Below, piece by piece: positions 53,711 to 64,000 of a stretch of DNA of 64,000 nucleotides. Below the pieces are notes generated by a model that saw nothing but the letters and a program-made list of their open reading frames with translations, had not been told where the DNA came from and searched no databases. This DNA is from Eledone cirrhosa (Eukaryota), in assembly GCA_964016885.1 (NCBI GenBank), contig OZ024741.1, positions 381,858,001 through 381,922,000 of the forward strand, written 5' to 3'. How positions within the stretch are numbered: the stretch's first letter is position 1; the number at the start of each line of letters is the position of its first letter. The position numbers and the translations under genes are program-made.

Positions 53711-54775
53711 AATATAAACATGTATTCATATAGATACACACACACACACATATATATATATGTATACATTTTCTTCCTAAAATCTCTAAAATCTATCATG
53801 CACCCTGGAGGCCGAAGGTTCTTTATTATTTTTTCTATTTTTGTTTGTCAAAATTAGGGTGCGTCCTTGACGATGACACGTCAGAAAATCGCGTATATAT
53901 ATGTGTGTTTCGGTGTAAACATATAGACAAAACTACAATGTGGACATACACATATATACACATAGTAGAGAGATAGGAACGCATACTATACATTTATCCA
54001 TACATGCATACATGCATACATACATACATACATATACATAGAGATACAAATGCACTCAAATATATATATATATATATGCACACACACACACATGCATATA
54101 TACATATGCACTCATACACATACACATATATACATTTGGCCATATATGCATATATACGTCATATGTACACATATTATATGACTATATGCATATATGCATA
54201 CATATTTCATTTAATACATATATAAATCATGCATATATACGCATAAAACCGAACGTACAAAGAATATATTCACATACGTATAACCGCATACATACACACA
54301 TACAGACATACATACATAGAAAAAAATAAATATATTAGCACTCAAAAATATGCATACATATCTATTGATATGTTAAACATATTTGCAGAGAAAAAAAGGT
54401 GTAAGATTGGATATAAATCATATACAAAAGTTACAAATATAATTAAATGTATGTGAAATTATATATGTGTCAAATATATCATTAGAATGGTGGATTGTTT
54501 GATGCGTATTTTAGAGAGACCACATGCATATACTTACATACGTAGATGTACGCATAATGAAAGAAAGGAGTGAAAGTAATCAATGTGTGAGTATGATAGG
54601 TATAATAAATTGTATGTAATCATAATCAATACGTAAGTTTTGTTTGTGTGTTATGTGTATAACTAAATATATGTGATCATATTAAGTATAAGTTCAGGTT
54701 AGTTAGTGTTAATTCTATTTCATAATTGAAATATATGTTCTGGGTGGTTGTGTGTCCAAATTGATTCAATTGATG

Positions 54776-54842
54776 CTTACCCGCATATAAAATCACATCT
54801 GCTTCCAACAGGGAAGCAGATGCGATTTTATATGCGGGTAAG
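54776..54842. repeat. 67-nt hairpin, 31-bp arms, one mismatch
   Basis: CTTACCCGCATATAAAATCACATCTGCTTCC-AACAG-GGAAGCAGATGCGATTTTATATGCGGGTAAG. Confidence 0.92.
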
Positions 54843-56116
54843 ATCTGAATAAATTCAGTTTTGGGTGCAAACAAGTATTTGGAGATTCATGTTCAGTAGA
54901 ATTCAATATTTCTCGCTTATGCATAATGTACATTTTCTAGAAGCTTTTACATATTCAATTCATTACATATTGAATTCCAGCTTCTTTCAACTCATACACT
55001 CTGTTTTTCAGCACCCTGAGTTTCTTTACCTTTGTCAGGATGTCTGAAAGAAGAGAGATATGGGTAATATCATAGTTTAAATTTATCTGGATCCATACAC
55101 ACATATCAATCACTGGTAGTTGGTTGGTGATTACAGGTGTCTCTGTTGCCTCATATTGTATTTGCCCTGCAGATGCATGACCATTCTGGATTCTCTCTGG
55201 GTATTTTCCTGATTGTAATCTTGGATTTCATTGAAGGACTGCGTGAATAGTTAATCTTGACTACATTTCTGTTAAATATTTCATTATATGTATGTTGTTG
55301 GGGGAAATGTTTATCTAAGAGATCAAGGAACCTTCTGCGTACATTTATGTTTACTGCTACTTAAAAGGGTAGTGCAACCCGAATTATTTCTCTTTTGCTT
55401 TTTTTATGTTTAATGCCATTAGTATAATTAGGTGTATATTTAATTAAGTTGTTAAAGCTACTATTTTCAGGGCCTGATTATAATAAGTGGTTGCTTTATT
55501 AAATATTTCTTCAGGAAAAGAGAGGCTTGCTATCTTACGAACAATACTCGGGATAATGTTTTAAAAATGATATGGGGGTTGCAATAACCTTTATTTATAT
55601 ATCTTAAATTTGCATTATGTTAATGATGTGGCTTAAAAGAAGCGGTAATTAAATCAAGATTTTTTATCAAGAAGGTTAGCATTGGTTAGATTTGTGTCTA
55701 TTGTGATTTTATGATCTAGATTTTAGAAGGTTTTTATCAAATTTTTACGAGATTTTTTGTCAAGATCATAGTGGTATGAGAGACTGCTAGTCCAGGATTT
55801 CAATATAATCCGATAGTGTAATTGAGGAATTTCTCTTTAAGTGTGTGGAGGAGGAATAAGCCATCTAAATCACACGCATCGGCACTATCGAAATAACCCA
55901 TTGAGACATCAAAATGATTTTAGGATTTTGTTTCCAGGTTTCGTCTTTGGTAAAAAGTAATGTTTTCCTCGCATGCAAAATTACATCTTTCTCTTCTGAT
56001 ATATGATGAAATTGCATACCAAAACCTAAGGCTTTGCCTAACAAGGAGTGTGTAAAAGTAAGGTAGAAATATACTATATCAAATTGGGCAAATCTAGCCT
56101 TATTTTTCTCTATTAT

Positions 56117-56430
56117 TCAAATCCCGCCGAGGTTAACTTTGCCTTTCATCCTTACGGGGTCGATAAAATAAAGTACCAGTAATGTACTGGGTATTTGCTG
56201 GCTTTGTACCAAAAAGTAGAAACAATTATTACAATAGGGCGGTGGATTGGCAGTATCGGTAGAGGGTCGGACGCCATGCTTTGACGCATAGAGTTACGGC
56301 CCTTGCCATTCTGAGTTCAAATCCTGCCGAAGTTAACTTTGCCTTTCATCCTTACGGGGTCGATAAAATAAAGTATCAGTAATGTACTGGGTAATTGCTG
56401 GCCTTGTGCCAAACGTAAAAACAATTATTA
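56117..56430 (+). mobile_element. Two tandem SINE copies (truncated 56117-56231; full length 56237-56430)
   Basis: Both are near-consensus with (ATT)n tails and interrupt the PLE RT at an ATTATT site. Confidence 0.9.
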
Positions 56431-57033
56431 AACCAAGATATAACTAAGGAGGTAATTTAACCATTGAAATAATTCTGTTTTACTTCTTATTTGTTTAATG
56501 ATATTTCTTAAGATATATTTAATGGCAAGACCAATTCCTGTTTTAGCTGGGTTACTAAGTCTACAATTTGGTCGGTTATTGAAATCTATGTTATGGTTTT
56601 TAAGTATAATATACGGTTTAGGTTTCACATACACATACATAAATATATTCCCACATACACACGTCCGTTCATACATAGAAAAATAAATATATTAGCACTC
56701 AAAATTCATATAAATATACTTAGCATATTCATAGATATGTATAAATAGTTTTGAGTGATAATATATTTAATTTGTCTATGTATGAACATACGTGCATTTA
56801 TGTGTATCAGAATATTTTTTCTTGTACGGTAGGTTTTATGTATATACATGTATGTTTTATGTCCATATATGTACTAAATTAAACATGTATGTATATATGT
56901 ATATACAAATAAAATACGGTTGTATATATATATATATCATATATGGCCAACAGTGTGTGTGTATATGTATGTCTGTACGTACGTGTTTATATATGCGTAT
57001 GTGTTTGTATATATATATATACATACATACATA

Positions 57034-58251
57034 CAGCGGATGGACTAAATAATGGAAACACCTTAACATTTCAAACAAATTTATTTTAATATGGGGTAGG
57101 ACCGCCTTTGGCAGTAATTACAGCTTGAATTCTACGAAGTATGGACTCGTACAAAGTTTGAATTGTTTCCAAAGGAATTTTTGTCCATTCTGCAGCTAAA
57201 ACAGTCTCCAGTTCTTGTAGTGATGATGATGGAAGATATCGACTCCTTACTTGTTTTTCTAAAATGCACCATAAATGTTCAATAATATTCAGTAACAGCT
57301 TTAGATGTGTGAATTGGTGTACTATCATCCTGAAAGATTGCGTTTCCCTCCGGAAACAGTTCCGCAAACATGGGATGAATTTAATCATATAAAATGCTTA
57401 AATAATCTTGACTATTAATTCTGCCATGACTGGAAACCATTGGGGCGGCGGATTTCCAAGATATAGCCCCCCCCCCCCCCAGATCATCACATATCCTCCT
57501 CCATGTTTCACAGTTGGAAGAAGGCAGTCTGGGTCAAATGCTTCTTTTGGCTGTCTCCACACGTATAATCGACTGGTGGTCGGAAATAAGGTAAAGGATG
57601 ACTCGTCCGAGAAAATAACATTCTTCCACTGCTCTAGGTACCAATTCTGTAGGTTTTTACTCCACTCTAAACGCTTTGCAACGTTTGTTTTTGAAAGTAG
57701 GCGTTTTCTGAATGCAGCCCTCCCGTGAAATCCGGCTTTGTGCTGCTCCCGGCTAAGAGCTTTTGTGGAAGCTGGATTCTCGAGGTGGTCATTAAGATCT
57801 ACAGTAATTTTGGGAGCTGTATTTTTGTGATCGTTTCTAACAATTCGCGTAAGAGTCCGACGGTCCCTATCTGAAAGTTTTGGCTTTCTTCCGGAGTTTT
57901 GTTTCGAGGAGGATGTTTCTCCCTCTTTCTCAAAGGCTGTCATTACTTTCGAAGCAGTACTTCTTGATACACCAAACATTTCGGCTGTTTTCGTTACGCT
58001 AGCGCCTGCTATACGAGTACCAACAATTTTACCTCTTTGAAAGTCCGATAGATCTGTCATTTTAATGAATTTTAATTACCTTTCTCTGATGATATCTGAA
58101 AAGAAACAACAATTTTAACAAAACATATTATGCAACGCTAATAATAAATAAATAAAAACATAAAAGTAAACAAGCTTTTGACGGTTTTATAGATATATTA
58201 AAATTATGATGTTATGATGCGAGGTGTTTCCATTATTTTTTTCAACCCCTG
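57034..58251 (-). mobile_element. Tc1-family DNA transposon (1.2 kb, defective)
   Basis: TIRs CAGCGGATGGACTAAATAATGGAAACACCT and AGGTGTTTCCATTATTTTTTTCAACCCCTG, TA on both sides. Confidence 0.93.
57086..58060 (-). pseudogene. Tc1 transposase, frameshifted
   Basis: LSDFQRGKIVG, SGRKPKLS, WKNVIFSDES, TVKHGGG.VMIWG, NIIEHLW, AKGGPTPY. The region before NIIEHLW appears disrupted. Confidence 0.92.
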
Positions 58252-58393
58252 TATATGTGTATAGATAGGTGTGTGTGTGTGATTGTCTGGACGATATTTG
58301 TATCTTCCACTTCATGTATCCATGTATTTATTCTTTTTATTTTACCTTTATTCTTTATCATGAGTGTGTGTATATATGTACATATATATATAC

Positions 58394-58468
<75 letters not shown>

Positions 58469-58563
58469 TGTGTGTATATATTTGTGCATATATATATGTG
58501 TGTATATATATATATATGTATATATCTGTGTGTATGTGTGTATGTATGTGTGTATGTATGTGC

Positions 58564-58600
<37 letters not shown>

Positions 58601-59473
58601 CATGTATGTATATGTATATGTGTGCATATATATTTTTTTCCGTCATAAGATGTTATTTTAACTCAGCCTCATATTCATTTTCAAAAGATATAATTTTCAA
58701 AACTCGTACGCTAAACATAACCATTTCATCTGATGAACTGTCTGGACGTTTCTGCAATGATCGTCTAGTTTCTTGAATCCTTTGGTAATGGAATAACAAT
58801 TGATCGTAACTCTTCATATATAACAAATATTTAAATTATCTATCTATTAATAAAAACAACATATATACTTACCATAATTATTTATATGTAAATAACCTGT
58901 CGTAATTTAATAAAATAAAATATACATACAACTCTAATCTTCATAAAATATACTTATAAATATTGTCTCTATAACACACCAATAGAATAGACCCAATTGC
59001 ATATATGAATACAATATATCTCTCACTTTTTAAATTAATATTCTCCCAATTTAACACATTTATAATTATCACATTATATTATAGATACTCCCAAAATATA
59101 TAATTACATAATTAAATAATTAAATATAATTATTTCACTTTCCATATACCCTCACAAATATGTTCCTTACAATTTATTTACATATATTAATGATAATAGT
59201 CTATTTCTAACTCTAATATACTTTTTTCTTATATTCTTTCCTTAAATTTCTTCCACCCTAATATTAACCTCTATCTCCTCTTCCCTTAAAAATTAATCCT
59301 AATAATTATTTTAATTTACCTAGCGTCTATATATAACGATCTTTTTTTCAATTTTACGTTATCCTCATTAGCATATTCATCCTAAGATTTTTAATTCGCT
59401 GTCACTATTCAAATGGAACTTAAAACGATAAGTTCTTGTTTTGAACATGCCACTATCTGTAAAACAACGCTTA

Positions 59474-59535
59474 TATTTTATCTGATGAGTATGTACCAAA
59501 TGTTTTGGTACGGTTGAAATACATATAATAAAATA
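59474..59535 (+). ncRNA. Type I hammerhead ribozyme at the end of an AT-rich PLE-like tail
   Basis: TATTTTAT-CTGATGA-..GTACCAAA-TGT-TTTGGTAC..-GAAA-TACATA-TA-ATAAAATA. Confidence 0.78.
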
Positions 59536-61240
59536 AATATGGTTTTATAAAGATAGTTTCCATTTATTAATATTATTCATATATATATATATATATAATC
59601 ATATATGGGAGAAGCAAATGAAAATCTTTACTTGCGTACTTTAATCTCCCTACTGCAGTTTGATGGAGAGAATAATGATACTCACAGTAGAGTATCGCGA
59701 GAAATCTCAAAACATCAGGAGTCTTTTTCAGTCATTAAAGTAAATTGAAGACAAGAATTCCCCGCTGCTCACTGTCAGTGAAATTTTAAAATGGATGGAC
59801 TATCACATGAGAAACGAGCAATAGTGTGGTAGTAGTAAAGTGGACATTGGCAGGCTACGTGCTACTAGGAAAAATATTTAGGAAAAATGCGTAATTGAAA
59901 TGGAAGTTTTTCTCATTTCCTTATGGCCATTTCATGATCCAAGAAGAACCACATAAGTTAAGGAGGGATCTAAGCAATAATTTATCGATCACCAACTATC
60001 GATATTTGATGAAGTTTTTGGGAGACGTGAATCAATCATCAGAGGGATTACGCCACTTAAATAAATTGCAATAATGTATATTGTACAAAATACATGTATA
60101 TATCTACCAGGATTCAAGAGCTATGCCAAGACGCGTGGTGTAATAAAGTTTACCCCAATATTGTGATTTTTTAAAATGTGAATATATATATATATATATA
60201 TACAGACAAATTCAAGGTTTCATAACATATATATTTACTCATAACAGCTCCAAATTCTATATTTCCTGAGATTCTCTAGAGGAAGCAATGAACAATTTTG
60301 TTGTTTCTTTAATTTTCAGTAAAGCAAGACGTGAAACCGCTTGGTTAAATATTAGGGTGATCCGCCGATATATATTTAGAGAATGCCCTACATTCTCAAG
60401 AGTTCTAGTGAGCGACAGCAGAGAGATACACAATATTGACAAAGGGCAATAACCCAGAAACAATATTATTATCGAGTGTTTCTCTCTGTAACCGCTAGAA
60501 TAAAATAAGAATGGCGATGGTCATCTATCACATAGCCTAATGATGCTGATTGCTTGGAAACGAAAACACTAATTCCATTATCATTATCTATAAAAGGCAG
60601 ATTGTTGTTGTTGTGTGCGTGCACATGTTCCATGTTTATACATTTACAAAATTTTAAACCGATTCGACTCACCGTCTGTAAGAATATTGTAAATTGTCTG
60701 ACTTAGCTCAACGACTATTTATTTATTTCAAACTCATCCTCAATTACGGAAATAATCGATAAAACTAAATACATGACGCTTTACCCCTCTAATACAATCT
60801 TATTTGTTCTATCTACCCCCCCATAAAGCCACTCCTTTAGAGAGAGAGAAAAAAATAAGGGAGGTAACCAGAGAGACAGAGACAAACGTTAAATACATGA
60901 CGCTTACATCTCTCATATACGTTTATAAACCCACTCCTTAATAATTTCCTCTCTCTACTCAACATAAAAATCGAAAAACAAAATACATGCTCACACACAA
61001 TTTCATTTTGTGTATAACATATTTACACGTTTATTGAGTGAAAAAAAACAAACAAATAGGGATATTTGGCCAAACAACTTCAAATTGCTGACAGAAGCGC
61101 GCTTTCAATAAACTGTGAGTTATTTATTTGCCGTTTGTTCTCCCATTTTTTCCCCTGCGGAACGCGACAGTTTTCAGCCTTATACTTTCAAAGGCAATTT
61201 TGCTGTAGAAATAACGTTCACCCTTTCTTTTTCACATAAA

Positions 61241-64000
61241 ATGCCACCTAAAAAGAGAAGTCGTCGCGGTCTCCATATCGCGTCAGCGGCGGCTCAGAGG
61301 GCGATTAGAGCAAAAGAGCCCCCCGAAGAAACTGCTTTAAGACTTTCACAGAGCGCCTTACGTTCAGCGGAATGCAGAGCTGCTGAAAGTTTTCAACAAC
61401 GCACCGCACGCCTAGCCAAGATGGCTTCATACGACGCCTCGAGACGTGCTGCGATATGCGATTCGGAGCGGGCAATACGTGATTCCAAAAAAAACGCTTC
61501 TACTGCTATTTCCAGGGCTTCCGAGGGCTGGAACAAAGGTCGACTCGCCTGAATAGAAACGCTGCTGCTACTGCTGCTTCTAGGGCTTCAGAGGGTCCGG
61601 AACAAATGGCGGCTCGACTGAATAGAAACGCTGCAGCTACTACTGCTTCCAGGGATTTGGAAGGTTTGGAACGGCGGACGAATCGCCTTGGTAGGAATTG
61701 CTATGACTGCTTCCATGGCTTCTGAAGATGCAGACGCGCGCTCAATTAGGATTGCAAGGGTGGCTTCTGCTACTGCTGCGAGAGCTTCCCACGACCCACA
61801 GGAGCAACATTCTACGTTGGAGCGGAACAATCGACGACAAGAAACTGTCCGCGGTGTGAGGAGCCCCGACAGCCCATAGTGGCAACCACGGGCTTTCAAG
61901 TATGAGCCCAACGTTAACTACTCGATGCGTGCCGACATAAATATAGGGGAAATCCGCTTCAATTGCAAATTCTGCAATGCTAAAAAGTGGGCTGGGGAGC
62001 CACCTGCAATGTGCTGTTTAAACGGTAAGGTCAGCTTTCCCCCTCTTGGGGAACCACCAGAACCTTTGAAGGAACTACTTACTGGTTCTACCTCAGGTCA
62101 TCCAAATTCCTTCAACTCATCAGGAAGTACAATTGTGCGTTTCAAATGACTTATTTCCGGACTAACATTGTCAGAGAAAGTGATGGGATGCCTACTTTCA
62201 AGGTCCAGGGGCAGGTGTACCATCTCATTGGGTCGCTCCAACCACTACAAAATTGCAAGCTTTCGTTCCTTCAAATTTACTTCATTTCTAACTACAGTAG
62301 GCAAGTTGATGCGCGGTTCGGCGTTATTCCAACATTCGCAAACTCTGTCGCTGACACTTTTGAAAGGGACGTGCTGCTCGGTCTTCAAAACATGCTTCAT
62401 GAGCACAACAGTTATATTCGCAGTTTCAAATACGCATTGGAAACAAACCCTTCACCAAACTTCACCATTGTCATCGTTGATGACAGAAGACATTCTGGGG
62501 AGCACGCACGCCGTTATAACACTCCTTCGTGCAATGAAGTACCCGTAGTTATCCATGGTGAACAGCACAATAAGCGAGACATAGTTCTTCAAAGTCGTGA
62601 CAGTGGTCTTCGACATATTAATGAGACGCATCGTTCATACGACGCCCTGCAGTATCCCCTTCTTTTTGCAAACGGAGAAGAGGGGTACCATTCCTCAGCG
62701 CAATCCAAACGAGCACACTGGTGCGACATCTAAAACTGTTTCATGCATGGCTTAATACTCATAGCGCTTCATGACGAGCCCTAACGATTTCAGCACCCTA
62801 CACAGGTCACGGGAACTGTTTCACCAGTTTGCAGTTGACATGGCTGCGAAGTCGGAGTCAGAGAGACTGTGCTTCATATAATTGAATCAGAAGCAGCTGC
62901 GCTCAGACTCCTACATCTATTTGCGTGACGGCATCAGGAATGACACTGACTCCCGGAACATCGACAAACTGTGCATTCTCACTTAAACGTATACGGGGGG
63001 GGGGGGACTACATGTACGAGCGAACACAGGACGCTCTGACGTTTGTTCGGCATTTATTCATCACGTTTACGTGTAACACCAAGTGGGTTGAGGTTACCCG
63101 GGAACTTATCCCAGAGCAGCAGTACTGCCATCGGCATGATATTATTTCCATGGTTTTCAGGCAGAAGCTGGCTAAGATAATTGATCTAATAAAAAAAGGG
63201 AAGGTTTTCGGGCCTGTTAGGTGCCACATGTATACTGTTGAGTGGCAGAAGAGAGGGTTGCCACACGCGCACATTTTGGTTTGGTTGGTCACCAAAATAG
63301 ACCCTACAGTTATAGCTGACGTCATCACAGCGGAAATACCGGTCCCCGTTGTTGACCGGGAGCTGTACGACATTGTGAAGGCACACATTATGCACAGTCC
63401 GTGCGGTCCAGGTTTTCAAGAGTTCTCTTCATGCCACAAGGACCATGTGTGCACTAAACGATACCCAAAGAGGTTTGTTGAGGAGACTCGGACCGGTGGC
63501 CACGGATACCCACTGTACAGACGAAGGCGGCCTGAGAACGGTGAATTCATCAAGTTGATAATAGGTGGGTGGCCCCGTACTGTCCATTTCTGATGAAAAC
63601 TTTCAACGCTCATATAAATGTGGAGTTCTGTCATTCAGTGAAGTCGATAAAGTACATATGTAAATATGTTAACAAGGGTTCCGACGCTGCCATGTTCGGC
63701 CTTCAAAACGACAATTGCAGGGATGAGGTCTCGGAGTACTTGGCAGGTCGATATATCAGCACTGGTGAAGCTTTGTGGCGGATATTCGGATATCCACTTC
63801 AGCAAAGGCACCCCGCCATCATACAACTAGCGGTTCATTTGGAAAACGGCCCGCGGGCTTACTTTACTGAACAGACTGCTGCTCATTTGGCGGCCAATCC
63901 AAAAGAAACAACTTTGACTGTTTATTTTACGCTTTGCCAACTTGACACATTTGCAAAAACACTTTCATATCCTCAGGTCCCGTCCTAATACGCGTGGTCA
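61241..64000 (+). mobile_element. Helitron Rep/helicase gene, decayed, running off the window end
   Basis: CKFCNAKKWAGEPPAMCCLNGKV, FKVQGQVYH, YDALQYPLLF, LFITFTCN, HUH motif EWQKRGLPHAHIL, HINVE..IKYICKYVNKG. Multiple stops and frameshifts. Confidence 0.93.

Larger units (their letters stand above)
54740..56620 (-). mobile_element. Decayed Nematis-type PLE interrupted by tandem SINEs
   Basis: Minus strand RPNCRLSNPAKTGIG, QWLN, FAQFDIVYFY, FDVSMGYFDSADACDLDG, LEADVILYAGKHQLN. Confidence 0.8.

Noticed and set aside
58725-58760. CTGATGA (and CTGAAGA at 38003) as further hammerheads
   Set aside because: No properly placed GAAA, stem III or stem I complement.
59605-60145. Possible old non-LTR retrotransposon remnant
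   Set aside because: Only vague peptide resemblance, too decayed to call without a profile search.
60667-60695. Minus-strand TTCTTACAG|ACG|GTGAGT, a possible 3-nt microexon
   Set aside because: About one such match is expected by chance in 128 kb of two-strand sequence, and there is no supporting gene context.

Overview
AT-rich, microsatellite-dense eukaryotic DNA, probably intronic or intergenic. The tRNA-derived SINE families and repeat landscape suggest an octopus/cephalopod genome (inference). No confident host gene was found, only two weak exon candidates. The window is dominated by transposable elements: one apparently intact 6.0-kb L1/Tx1-clade LINE between (AAT)n tracts, at least seven decayed Penelope-like elements (PLEs) of three types, a Tc1 element, a mariner remnant, RTE remnants, a decayed Helitron and many SINEs. 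The main unannotated signal is more than a dozen type I hammerhead ribozyme (HHR) motifs. They include canonical, U3-A8 and U4A core variants, and lie both in PLE ends and in short ORF-less units with direct or inverted terminal redundancy. Several of these units (about 440-470 nt) share a layout: an ATGCAAAT octamer about 80-90 nt upstream of the ribozyme core on the same strand, with strong secondary structure. They look like a retrozyme-like, possibly circular-RNA-based, non-autonomous retroelement family. All alignments and folds were done by eye, so coordinates are approximate to a few bases.
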